Part shown: positions 21,280-30,697 of the stretch, one piece after another
Position numbering within the stretch: position 1 is the stretch's first letter
Layout: the number at the start of each line of letters is the position of its first letter
Origin: an uncultured Acidobacteriota bacterium
Lineage (GTDB): Bacteria; Acidobacteriota; Thermoanaerobaculia; Multivoradales; UBA5704
Direction: 5' to 3'
DNA length: 64,000 nt
NCBI GenBank assembly: GCA_963770895.1
Contig: CAVYRF010000001.1
Span: 608,001 to 672,000 of the forward strand
Notes under the pieces: model-generated
What the model was told of the DNA's origin: nothing
Database searches by the model: none
Seen by the model: the letters and a program-made list of their open reading frames with translations, nothing else
Translations under genes and position numbers: made by a program

Positions 21280-22872
21280 TTACTGCGGATTCGGCGGGCT
21301 CTCCAGCTGGGTCCAGATGATGTATTCGCCGACCTGCGGGTTCTGACCGATGTTGATGTCGTTGCAGACGTTCGCTTCGTTGGCGCCGCTCAGCAGGAAC
21401 AGCACCCCGGCGCCGAGGTAGACGGGTGCGACGTCCGATCGCAGCGCCGCCCGTCCCTGCGGCATGTCGCGGATGAGCGATCGAATCACGTACGGCGCTC
21501 CGACCGACCAATCGGCGTTGACCTTGTAGAACGAGAAGCCGCCGCCGGTGGAGCTTGGACAGGGACCCAGACCGTTGCTCGGCGTCTGGTCGTAAGCTCC
21601 CCACAGCTCCAGGGCTCCCCCCACGACGCCGAACGACGACACCGCGCGCGAGATGAGCGCGGTGGGCTTGAACAGTGCCAAGGCGGCGATCGAATCCGGC
21701 GTAAAGGTCAGGCTCCCGGCCGTGTCGATCCAGACGCCGCCTTGCATGAATTCGATCTGGGCACAGGCCTGTTGCGCCAGGCTCTCCGCGCAATAGGCGT
21801 TGGAAAAGTCCACCCGCATGGGCGCAGTGCCCGAGGGATCGAGACGGGCGAAGCCTCGAAAGAAGGCGTGGGTGTACCCATCGTTGGGAGCGGTGCGGGT
21901 CGAGTCCGGCTGGAGCAGGGGCGCCTCGATGCCCTGCCCGTTGAGGTAGAGGAACGGATACCACGCGCCCGACAGCTGGTTGGACTGCGCGTTGAAGCTC
22001 CCCACCCAGACGTTGTACTGATTGGTCGAGGTGGCGTTCGACGAATTCTTGAGCAGCTCCCGCGCCACCATGTAGTAGTTGCCGCCGGATGGAAACAGGT
22101 TGCCCGGTCCCCACAACGACGTGATCGAGCCGCTCGAATCGCAGTTGGAAAATCTCGCAACGGGCGTAAACGGGGCCTGCAGCCCCGCAGCCGTCGCCGG
22201 CGTGGTGTATTCGACGATCATGTCGCCGGCGCAGAACGGCACCTGCGACGGCGAGGTGGCGGCGCTGAGCTGTCCGCCCTGCGCGAACAGGAACAGCGTG
22301 CCGTTGAGCTCGATCACCTTCTGGGCCGAATACCCGCCCGACAGTGGGTTGGAGGAGTAGAACGTCGGCGAGATTACCCGATCGGTGCCGGTGTCGTTGC
22401 CACCCGCGAATTCGAGCGTTTGCGGGTAGAAGAACCCGTTGACGTCCAGCAGCAGATTCAGGTTGCCGCTGGTTGCCGCGTTGGCCAGGACCTCGACCGT
22501 GCCCAGGCCGTCGGTCGACAGCGGCACCACGGCGGCGCCGGCGATCACCGCCTGGACGGCCACCTGCGCCGAGACCACATTGGTATTCGGCAGCGTCGCC
22601 AGGTTGCCGGGGAAGAGGCCAATGTTCACGTCCACCGTCTCTCCGACCACCGTGGCGTTGAGCGACACGCTGGAAGCGTCGGCCGGCACGCCGCACGTGC
22701 CGCCCACGGTGAACTGCGTCGGCATGTTGGTTTGCACCGGTTGCGAGTTTCGGGTATCGAGCGAGCGGCAAGGCGTCACGGTGTAGAACCCGTCGGCGGC
22801 CAGCGGCGCGGCAGCCGGGAACATCATTCCAAAGGCAAGACACATTGAGGCCGGCGCCAGCGCTTTGCGCAT
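21280..22872 (-). CDS. Secreted protein with an N-terminal 'TPCRxxDTR...CGVP' domain and an unknown C-terminal domain
   Basis: GGAG RBS and signal peptide; [13 protein letters not shown]...[17 protein letters not shown]...LLLDVNGFF. Confidence 0.75.
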   Translation of the reverse strand: MRKALAPASMCLAFGMMFPAAAPLAADGFYTVTPCRSLDTRNSQPVQTNMPTQFTVGGTCGVPADASSVSLNATVVGETVDVNIGLFPGNLATLPNTNVVSAQVAVQAVIAGAAVVPLSTDGLGTVEVLANAATSGNLNLLLDVNGFFYPQTLEFAGGNDTGTDRVISPTFYSSNPLSGGYSAQKVIELNGTLFLFAQGGQLSAATSPSQVPFCAGDMIVEYTTPATAAGLQAPFTPVARFSNCDSSGSITSLWGPGNLFPSGGNYYMVARELLKNSSNATSTNQYNVWVGSFNAQSNQLSGAWYPFLYLNGQGIEAPLLQPDSTRTAPNDGYTHAFFRGFARLDPSGTAPMRVDFSNAYCAESLAQQACAQIEFMQGGVWIDTAGSLTFTPDSIAALALFKPTALISRAVSSFGVVGGALELWGAYDQTPSNGLGPCPSSTGGGFSFYKVNADWSVGAPYVIRSLIRDMPQGRAALRSDVAPVYLGAGVLFLLSGANEANVCNDINIGQNPQVGEYIIWTQLESPPNPQ

Positions 22873-23104
22873 ACGTCTCCAAGGAGCCGCGAAGGGCTTC
22901 CGTCCGATGCTGTGAAATACAACCATTAGGCATCTATGCAAGCCAGCTTGCCGGCTGCTTTCTATCCGCTATCCCATGGATAAGTCGCTGTCGCCGTCTA
23001 ATCGCAATCTGACAATGACGCCTGTGCCCTAAGGCGTCACTGCCTTCGGTGAACTAAACATTAAGAGGCTGGGCGGAAAGCTCAGAGCCGCTCCTCGATG
23101 GACT

Positions 23105-23345
23105 TAACTACGGCGGCGAGGCGGTGCGCCAGGTGGTCAGCGCCGCAAAGAACATCCAGTAGGGCTGGCTGATCTCACGGCCGTTGATCACCTTGATGAG
23201 CATCTCCGGGTTGTCAGCATTGAAAAATCACATGAGGTCGCCGCGGTTGACGCCGATGCTACCGAGCGATATCGCTTCGCCAGCGTTGATAGATCCCAAT
23301 TGCAAAATAGCACCAGAAATTGGGAACAGCGCACTCAGCTGAAAC
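23105..23345 (-). pseudogene. Decayed fragment of a secreted-protein domain (FWFF..N.E.L.KV..G type)
   Basis: The minus strand reads *FFNADNPEMLIKVINGREISQPYWMFFAALTT, with TGA where Trp is expected, plus an upstream ECAVPNFWCYF fragment. Confidence 0.55.
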
Positions 23346-23497
23346 CTCGCCTGTATTAGCAAAACGCTTGCGAGGTACTGCTACCTTCTCATGGTGGCAG
23401 CACACTGCGCAACACTGAAGTGGCGACGTGCGCAATTTGCTATCGACAGGTGCTGTCAGGCATGCGGGGCCGGCTCCGCCGTCGCCGACAGCCGGAG

Positions 23498-23780
23498 CGT
23501 GCCCGGCCTGACCGCCCCAAGCGCAACTCGTCGCGGCTGCCGGACGCTTCGCACCCCTGTGGGTGCTGTTGCCTCGCGCGCGCCCACGTCCCCCGTGCGC
23601 GTCCCGCTCGACCCGCAATGCCCCTTGCGCCGCCTGCGCTCCACAATCGTCTCGCCTTCGAACGTCCATCGCGCACTCGCCACACCCTATGCCGGGGCGC
23701 GCGCTCGCCGACCGCTTTTGCCTGCGCATCTCCCGGGCGCCGGTAGGTATTCGCACGCCCCGAAGGATGCCGGGCGCCCG
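23498..23780. repeat. Dispersed structured non-coding repeat, copy 2 (internal ~45-bp deletion in the right part)
   Basis: Direct alignment with copies 1 and 3. Confidence 0.85.
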
Positions 23781-24062
23781 ATCTACGAGTGCCCAACGCA
23801 AACACCGCGACCGTGAGCCGGGCGCCCCGCACTTGTTTGAGGACAAGCCGGCCCGGTCCCGGCGCCCGCCTCAATCGTTCGGAGAAAGCCCCCCGCCGAG
23901 GTCCCCGCGAGTCAGCAACTCCGCCTCCTTCCGCAACGCCGCCGCGGGGACCTTGGCGTAAAGGGTTTTGAGACTCCCTCTCTCACCTGGCCTTCTCGAA
24001 TGGGCGCCGGCGTCCCCCTTGTGCCGACCCGAATCGGCGTGGAGCAACCCGCCCTCGGGGGA

Positions 24063-24148
24063 CGCCGGCGGGCGCTCGCTCCTGACGTCCGCGGCGGGCG
24101 CCGGCAGGTGGTCGCACGTCCCGAAGGATTGTCGGGCGCCCGGCGCAC
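24063..24148. repeat. Partial copy (right end) of the dispersed repeat
   Basis: cgtccgcggcgggcgccggcaggtg...cgtcccgaaggattgtcgggcgcccgg matches ~25280-25337. Confidence 0.75.
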
Positions 24149-24346
24149 CTGCTGCGCAGCCAGTGTGAAACCTGCAGCCTCATCCTGGTCGAGCTGACCC
24201 GGTGGGACAACCCCGAGGTCGACCGCGATTGGCGCCGCTCCGTTTCGCGCGTGCGCGACCACTCGGTACGGCGGCGCCGAGGGCGCTGCGCACCTGGGTA
24301 GCTGCAGGGGGGGAGATCACCGGCGCCGTAAAGGGCGTCGGTACTG

Positions 24347-24898
24347 CTACCGAACCGTGGGTTCAGGTTTTTGCGTTCGACGACCTCGCGCCGCTGTCTC
24401 CGGACGAGGGCGCTCGCGGGGTCGGCTGCTGGGGCGAGCCCGGCGCGATTCGCGAAAGGCTTTCGCCGCAGCTTGCGGCACTGCGATGGGAACGAACAGC
24501 CTTGCGGGGAACAGGTAGTCCTCGCTAGACTCGTCGACGACCCGGACCAAGGCGTGTTCCTCGGCTACCGGGTCGCTCACCACAAGGTATACCTTGCGCT
24601 CCTCCAAGGATGCGCCGTATCCGCGGCTGTCGATGCACAGGACGAAGGAATCGTTACTCACGCGGGGCTCCAGCAGGCGCTTGATCTTCAGCTCCTTGCG
24701 GCCCACACCGTGGGCCTCGAACCAGTGTACCTCAGCGACTACTGCACACCCATCCGGCAGCCGCACCTTCGCCACACCCTTAAGCTTGCGCCACCGTCCT
24801 GGGCCGTGGAGCTTCTGGAGCTTCCTCCGGACTCGGAGCGCGACGCCGCTCGAGATGATCTCCGCGTCGGTGATTGTGCCGAGGATGTTCGGCTCCAT
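24347..24898 (-). CDS. Putative toxin-antitoxin-like gene pair, read here as one fused ORF
   Basis: The first half has GRWRKLKG...HWFEAHGVGRKELKIK. The second half has FVLCIDSRGYGASLE...RVVDESSEDYLFP. An internal GGAG-GTG start lies at ~24661. Confidence 0.65.
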   Translation of the reverse strand: MEPNILGTITDAEIISSGVALRVRRKLQKLHGPGRWRKLKGVAKVRLPDGCAVVAEVHWFEAHGVGRKELKIKRLLEPRVSNDSFVLCIDSRGYGASLEERKVYLVVSDPVAEEHALVRVVDESSEDYLFPARLFVPIAVPQAAAKAFRESRRARPSSRPRERPRPETAARGRRTQKPEPTVR

Positions 24899-25005
24899 CG
24901 TTGCGGGCATTTTAGTCCTGTGCGGCATTCAGTCAGGACGTCGATGAAGCCGGCGCGCCCCGCGCGGAGTCACTGCGTAGCCGGGAGCCCCGTTCGCCGC
25001 CACTG

Positions 25006-25337
25006 CGTGCCCAGCCCGACCGCCCCAAGCGCAAACACGCCGCCGTTGCCGGACGCTACGCCCCCTGTGGGTGCTGTTGCCTCGCGCGCGCCCACGTCCC
25101 CCGTGCGCGTCCCGCTCTACCTGCAATGCCCCCGGCACCGCCTGCGCCCCGCAACCGTCTCGCCTTCGAACGTCCACCGCGCACTCGCCACACCCTATGC
25201 CGGGGCGCGCGCTCGCGGGCCGTTTCTGCCCCGCGCATCTCCCTGCGCCCAGACCGCCGGCGGGGGCGCTTGCTCCCAGCGTCCGCGGCGGGCGCCGGCA
25301 GGTGTTCGCGCGTCCCGAAGGATTGCCGGGCGCCCGG
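25006..25337. repeat. Dispersed structured non-coding repeat, copy 3 (most complete)
   Basis: Aligns with copy 2 from its left end and with copy 1 and the partial copy at its right end. Confidence 0.85.
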
Positions 25338-25464
25338 TGCACGAACGGGCCAACGCGAACGCCTCTCTTGTGCCTGGATAAACACTGCCAGGTGGGGATA
25401 GGCCGGCAGGCGCCAGCGCACCATCAGGCCGGCATTCGAAGCGGCCCCAGGGCCGGGCTCGGCG

Positions 25465-25869
25465 TCATGAAGCCGGACTGATCAGCTTGACGGCCGGGAA
25501 GTAAGTCCTGTAGCGGGCAAGGTCGCGGGTTAGGATGTCCAGTCTCTCAGCCTGCGCGTGGGCGCCGATGAAGAAATCTGGGAGCGGTGCAGTGCGCAGA
25601 CCGCCCCTTTTCCTGTAGGCCGCAAACGCTTGGGCCGCGCGCCAGGCGGCGGCATAGGGAAGGGGCCACCGTAGGATGCCTGCCTGGGCAAGAGCCTTTT
25701 CAAGGTCAGCCTCGCGCTTGAAGCCCAGGCAAAGCTCAGCATAGATGATGGGGTTCACGCCAACGGCACCCTTGTCAACAGCCCGAGCGAGCGCCCCTGT
25801 GGACCACTCACCCCACGTTGGGTCCGCTGTCCAGATGTCTACGAGGACGTTGGTGTCAACGAGAATCAT
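25465..25869 (-). CDS. vapC: VapC PIN-domain toxin
   Basis: MILVDTNVLVD...LPDFFIGAHA...LTRD. Confidence 0.92.
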   Translation of the reverse strand: MILVDTNVLVDIWTADPTWGEWSTGALARAVDKGAVGVNPIIYAELCLGFKREADLEKALAQAGILRWPLPYAAAWRAAQAFAAYRKRGGLRTAPLPDFFIGAHAQAERLDILTRDLARYRTYFPAVKLISPAS

Positions 25870-25897
25870 GGGGGCTTGCGCAACAGCCCTCTGGCCT

Positions 25898-26140
25898 TTA
25901 GTCTGGTTCGCCTCGGGTCATCTTCATTAGTTTGTCGGTGGTCAGCTTGGGATTCCAGGGTGCGCTCCTGAGCTTGGCAACGACTTCCAAACCCTTGCGC
26001 CGACGTTTGCCCTTGACGATCTTCACCCCATCCTGCTCATACGCGAACGTCACCACGTCGCCTGCCTTCCAGCCGAAAGCATCCCGAAATTCCTTCGGCA
26101 CCGTGACTTGGCCCTTGACTGTCATGGTACTCGTCTTCAT
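25898..26140 (-). CDS. AbrB/MazE-type antitoxin
   Basis: MKTSTMTVKGQVTVPKEFRDAFG; lies directly upstream of vapC. Confidence 0.88.
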   Translation of the reverse strand: MKTSTMTVKGQVTVPKEFRDAFGWKAGDVVTFAYEQDGVKIVKGKRRRKGLEVVAKLRSAPWNPKLTTDKLMKMTRGEPD

Positions 26141-26147
26141 GACCAAA

Positions 26148-26176
26148 GTATTACTGCGTCGGTAATACCAGGTCAA
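26148..26176 (-). promoter_or_regulatory. Sigma70-like promoter with overlapping operator for the vapBC operon; probably a leaderless mRNA
   Basis: TTGACC-N17-TAATAC ends 7 nt before the ATG; inverted repeat GTATTAC-N7-GTAATAC. Confidence 0.7.
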
Positions 26177-26430
26177 GAACTGATGCGACGAAGGGCGCCG
26201 AGCGGGTGACCCGATCGCGCCACGTCGTGCGCTTCTCGTCGCGGCCAATTGCGCCAGAGCCCATCCGCCGGCCGCCGCCCCCCCGGGGGACGCCGGCGCA
26301 CCCCCCGGCCCCGCAGCGACTTGACGGCGAGGTGCGCGGACGCGGTACGCTGCTGCGGCCGTGCCGGTGGCCGGCCTGGCGGGTGCCGGGCTGGTGGTTT
26401 GGGGGGGCGGCGCGGCGACGAAGGGGGTCC

Positions 26431-28293
26431 ATGGCGAAGCGGGGATTGGGTTGGAAGGCGGCGGTGGCGGCCCTGGCGGCGGTGGCGTTGGTGTGGTCGG
26501 CGTGGCGGTCGCGGTGGCTTTGGGGGCTGCCCGAGGGCGAGGCGGGGGAGGACCGCCTGGTGGCGGCGGTGGCCGGCGATCCGCTGGGGGCGGCGCTGGA
26601 CGACTACCTGTCGCGGCTGGCGGCGTTTGGGTATTCGGGGTCGGTGCTGGTGGCGAAGGGCGGCAAGGTGGTGCTCAACAAGGGCTATGGGCTGGCCGAC
26701 CGCCAGCATGGGCGGCCCTTCACCGCCGACACGATCTTCGACATCGCGTCGATCGCCAAGCAGTTCACCGCCGCGGCCATCCTCAAGCTGGAGATGGAGG
26801 GGCGGCTGAAGGTCGAAGATCCGCTGTCGCGGTTCTTTCCCGACGCGCCGCCGGACAAGGCGGGGATCACGCTGCACCAGCTGCTGACCCACACCTCGGG
26901 GCTGCGCGACACCTTTGGCGAAGAGTACGAGCCGATCACCCGGCAGGAGCTGCTGCGGCGGGTGTGGGCGTCGCAGCTGCTGGGGCCGCCGGGCCGGCGC
27001 TACCGCTATTCGAACGGCGGCTACAGCGTGCTGGCGGCGGTGGTGGAGACCGCTGCGGGGGAGAGCTACGACATCTACCTGCACGAGCGGCTGTATGGGC
27101 CGGCGGGGATGCGGCACACCGGCTTTCACCTGGCGCCGCGCGACCTGCCGCTGCTGGCGCGGGCGTACAGCGACGAAGGCGATTGGGGGACGCCGCTGGA
27201 CCACCCCTGGGCGGCCGACGGACCGTATTGGGAGCTGCGCGGCAACGGCGGCATCCTGACGACGACGGGCGACCTGTATCGCTGGCACCTGGCGCTGGCG
27301 GGGGATGCGGTGCTGTCGGCCGCGGAACGCGAAAAGTACCAGAAGCCGTACGTCTCCGAGGGGCGCTGGGCGCACTCCAGCTATGCCTACGGCTGGTCGG
27401 TCGGCCAGAGCCCGACCGGCAAGCGCGAGATCTCGCACATCGGCGGCAACGGCTACTTTGAATCCGACTTCCGCCGCTACGTGGACGACGGCGTGGTGAT
27501 CATCGTCAGCGGCAACAGCGTCGACCTGTCGGCCCTGGCGATCGGCGACCACCTGGAAAACCGCGTCTTCGGCGCCCGCGACGCCGATCCGCCGGCGGTG
27601 ACGCCGGTTCCCGGCGCGGCGCCGGGCACGCAGGTGGTGGCCGGCGCCGCGGCGCTCGCCGCGCGGGCGGCCGGCAGCTACGCGCTGCCCTCGGGCGAGC
27701 GGCTGCGGGTGGAGCTGGACGCCGAGACGGGGGCTCCCGCCGGCCGGCTGCGCATCGCGGCGGGCGGCAAGGAGGGGCTGGCGCTGCTGCTCGGGGCGCT
27801 GACCGACGACGACCGCCAGATGGTGGCCGACCGCGACGCGAGCGTCGGCGATGCGCTGGCCGCCGCGCGCCAGGGGAGCTACGACGGCTTCGCCAAGGTG
27901 ATGGGGCTGGAAACCGACGCGGCGGCGGCCCTGCTCAAGTCGAAGCTCGACCCGGTGGCGCATCGCCTGGGCGCCTGGACGGGGGTGCAGGCGATCGGCG
28001 GCGCCGCCCGCGGCGGCCGCTGGTACAGCTACGCGCGCTGCGACTTCGCCGGCGGCACCAGCTTCGCGGAGCTGGGCTGGGCGGGGCCGACGGCAGAAAC
28101 GCTGCGATTCCTGGATGCGCTGCCCGGCCAGCCGTTCCTCCCCCTGTCGCCGGGGGTCTTCGCCGCCTTCGACGTGCGCACCGGCGCCACCGTGCGCGCC
28201 GCCTTCGAGCTGCCGCCGGCCGGCGGCGCCGCCGCGCTGACGGTCAACGCCGGCGAAAAAACGGCCTCGCCGCGCCTGCCGCGGGTGCCGTAG
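26431..28293 (+). CDS. Serine hydrolase, beta-lactamase/class C PBP family, with N-terminal anchor and C-terminal extension
   Basis: SIAK (SxxK), LLTHTSG, YSN and HIG motifs. Confidence 0.9.
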   Translation: MAKRGLGWKAAVAALAAVALVWSAWRSRWLWGLPEGEAGEDRLVAAVAGDPLGAALDDYLSRLAAFGYSGSVLVAKGGKVVLNKGYGLADRQHGRPFTADTIFDIASIAKQFTAAAILKLEMEGRLKVEDPLSRFFPDAPPDKAGITLHQLLTHTSGLRDTFGEEYEPITRQELLRRVWASQLLGPPGRRYRYSNGGYSVLAAVVETAAGESYDIYLHERLYGPAGMRHTGFHLAPRDLPLLARAYSDEGDWGTPLDHPWAADGPYWELRGNGGILTTTGDLYRWHLALAGDAVLSAAEREKYQKPYVSEGRWAHSSYAYGWSVGQSPTGKREISHIGGNGYFESDFRRYVDDGVVIIVSGNSVDLSALAIGDHLENRVFGARDADPPAVTPVPGAAPGTQVVAGAAALAARAAGSYALPSGERLRVELDAETGAPAGRLRIAAGGKEGLALLLGALTDDDRQMVADRDASVGDALAAARQGSYDGFAKVMGLETDAAAALLKSKLDPVAHRLGAWTGVQAIGGAARGGRWYSYARCDFAGGTSFAELGWAGPTAETLRFLDALPGQPFLPLSPGVFAAFDVRTGATVRAAFELPPAGGAAALTVNAGEKTASPRLPRVP

Positions 28294-28424
28294 TGCCACG
28301 CCCGGTCCATGCACTGGCAGGCCGCGCCGCCACTGCCGCAGTTGCCGCCATCACGGTTATCGCCGCCATCCGGCCTCGCGGCGAGGCGCTCCGGCGCGGG
28401 CGATGGCCGCGGTAGGTCGCCTGC

Positions 28425-30278
28425 ATGCTTAAACACGTTCCCTTGGTACCGCCGCGCTGGCGAGGTGCGGCAGTGGTGGCGCTGGCCATCGCGGCGCTGG
28501 CGCTGGGCGGCGGGGCCTCGGGCTGCCGCCGGCGGCCGGCGCCGCCCGCCGGCGGCTCTACCGGTCAGGCCAGCGGCGCCGGATCTGCCGCCGCGGCCGG
28601 GGCGGGCAGTCCGGGCAGTCCGGCTAGTCCTGGCGCTCCTGGCGGCGGCAGCTCGCCGGCCGCGCCCAGCGTCCCCGATCCGGCGTGGGTCACGGTCTAC
28701 AACCCGGCCCAGGCCTGGAACGGCTTCACGCTCACCCTGCACGACGCGCGGGTGCCGGTGCTGCTGGACATGGATGGGCGCGTGGTGCACAGCTGGCCCG
28801 CGGCGCGCGTCAAGTCGCGGGTGCGGCTGCTGCCGGACGGCTCGATCCTGGGCCTGGGGCTGGGGCGCCAGATCGTCGAATACGATTGGGACGGCCGCCA
28901 GACGTGGGTGTTTCGCACTCCGGACGCCATCCCGCACCACGACGTGCTGCGCCTTGCCAACGGCAATACGCTGGTGCTGGTGCAGGTCGACGGCGAAGGC
29001 GAGGACACCCTGTACGAGGTGGCGCGCGGCGGCCGCGTGGTGTGGACGTGGCGGGCGGCGGAGCACCGCCGCGGCCTGATTCCGGCGCGGCCGGCGCACG
29101 CCGAGGACGTGACCCACATCAATTCGATCCAGGAGCTGCCGCCCAACCCCTGGTATGCCGCGGGGGATGGGCGCTTCAAGCCGGGCAACCTCCTGGTTTC
29201 GGCGCGCAACCTCAACAGCATCTTCGTCGTCGAGCGGCCGGCGGGGCGCGTGGCGTGGATCTACACCGCGGAGCTGGACCGCCAGCATGAGGCGCGCATG
29301 AACGGGCCGGACCTGCCGGCGCCGGGGGTGATCCAGGTGTTCAACAACCGCCTGGGCAGCTTCTGGGGCGACCACCAGAGCGAGCTGCTGGAGCTCGATC
29401 CGCGGCGCGGCGCGGTGACCTGGCGGTTCCGCATGCCGGGGTTCTTTTCGCCTACCGGCGGGGTGGCGCAGCGGCTGCCCAACGGCAACGACCTGGTGAC
29501 CTCGACGCGCGGTGGCCGGGTGTTCGAGATCACGCCGGCGGGGCGCATCGCCTGGGAGTGGGTGCCGCCCTACGAGCCGGTGCGCGCCGAGCGGGTGGCC
29601 GCCGCCGCCTGCCCGCAGCTGGCCGGCCTGGCGCGGCGCGACGCCGCGACGCTGCGCCCGGTGGCGCCGCCGCCCGGCTACCTGCACGTGGACCCGGACG
29701 CCTACCGCTTCGCGCGCCAGGGCTCGCGCACGGACGTGGAGGTGGAGGGCGAGACGCACACGGTGCTCAAGGAAGAGAGCGACTGCCGCAACCTGATGCT
29801 GCCGCCGGCGGCGGCCATCCAGCTGGGCTACGGCGTCGATCGCACCCGCCTGCGCGCCGCCGGCCGCGCGGCGCGCCCGCCGCGCTTCGTGGTGCGCCTG
29901 CGCCCGGCGGGCGCCGCCCGCCCCCTGGAGATCCTCAACGACACCGTCGGCCTGACCGGCGACGCCTGGCGCGAGCGCACCATCGACCTGCGCGGCCACA
30001 GCCTGCAGCTGGTGGAGCTGTGCCTGGACATCGACCCCGACGACGACGACACCGCGCCTGCCGCCGGCAGCGCCGCCAGTGCCAACAGCGCCGGCAGCGC
30101 CGCCAGTGCCGCGGCCGCCGCCGCCCGCTTCGCCTGGTGGGAGCAGCCCGACATCGTCAGCCGCGACCCCCGCGCCAGCCAGTTCACCGCCGGCGACCTG
30201 GCGGCGCGCCCCGATCTCACCCCGGAAGAGCAGGAGGTCCGCCGGCGCCTGCTCAAGTCGCTCGGCTACATCAACTGA
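28425..30278 (+). CDS. Arylsulfotransferase (ASST)-family lipoprotein
   Basis: ASGC lipobox; HHD, THINSI, RQHEA, VFNN and QRLPNGN motifs; C-terminal LKSLGY. Confidence 0.8.
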   Translation: MLKHVPLVPPRWRGAAVVALAIAALALGGGASGCRRRPAPPAGGSTGQASGAGSAAAAGAGSPGSPASPGAPGGGSSPAAPSVPDPAWVTVYNPAQAWNGFTLTLHDARVPVLLDMDGRVVHSWPAARVKSRVRLLPDGSILGLGLGRQIVEYDWDGRQTWVFRTPDAIPHHDVLRLANGNTLVLVQVDGEGEDTLYEVARGGRVVWTWRAAEHRRGLIPARPAHAEDVTHINSIQELPPNPWYAAGDGRFKPGNLLVSARNLNSIFVVERPAGRVAWIYTAELDRQHEARMNGPDLPAPGVIQVFNNRLGSFWGDHQSELLELDPRRGAVTWRFRMPGFFSPTGGVAQRLPNGNDLVTSTRGGRVFEITPAGRIAWEWVPPYEPVRAERVAAAACPQLAGLARRDAATLRPVAPPPGYLHVDPDAYRFARQGSRTDVEVEGETHTVLKEESDCRNLMLPPAAAIQLGYGVDRTRLRAAGRAARPPRFVVRLRPAGAARPLEILNDTVGLTGDAWRERTIDLRGHSLQLVELCLDIDPDDDDTAPAAGSAASANSAGSAASAAAAAARFAWWEQPDIVSRDPRASQFTAGDLAARPDLTPEEQEVRRRLLKSLGYIN

Positions 30279-30509
30279 GCGTCGGTCGGCTTCCGGCCGC
30301 CTTTGGGACGCGCGTCCGCTGCTCTCCCGACACCAGGCCCTGCGCTTGGCTCAGGAGGCCGGCAAGGCGGTCGCCCACTGCTGCCTCGCGTTCATGGAGC
30401 TGCAAGCCGGATGGTTGCAGGGGGAGGAGGGGCGCCATGGCGAGTAGCGAGCGAACCGCCCGCCAAGTCGCCAAGAAGCGCTCAAAATGACCCACTACCG
30501 CCTTTGGAC

Positions 30510-30536
30510 GTAACATTCGGACTGTTCCGTACGTAA
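30510..30536 (+). promoter_or_regulatory. Possible ECF sigma promoter upstream of the exporter operon
   Basis: GTAAC-N17-CGTAA in an AT-richer patch. Confidence 0.35.
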
Positions 30537-30697
30537 AAGAGGCGGAGCGGCACGGGCGCCGCGCGGCGCGGGTGTGTCCGGCGTCGCTGGAGGGAGGGGG
30601 CGGGGGGGGCGAGCAACAGAGGCCGGCGCGCGGCGAGCGCCAGCGCTAGCGGTGGCGGGCCGGCGGGCGCGCCGGGCGCGGGATCGACGGAGGCACG

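Noticed and set aside
15869-25337. Dispersed repeat read as a small protein family (SARPGIGCGECAMD...AHGGRGRARG), as attC sites or as CRISPR
   Set aside because: The copies share no start, stop or RBS, and invariance includes third positions. The length and ends do not fit attC, and the spacing is irregular.
30279-30500. Short TPR-like reading (LRLAQEAGKAVAHCCLAFMELQAG)
   Set aside because: Too short and lacking a start; it cannot be supported as a gene.
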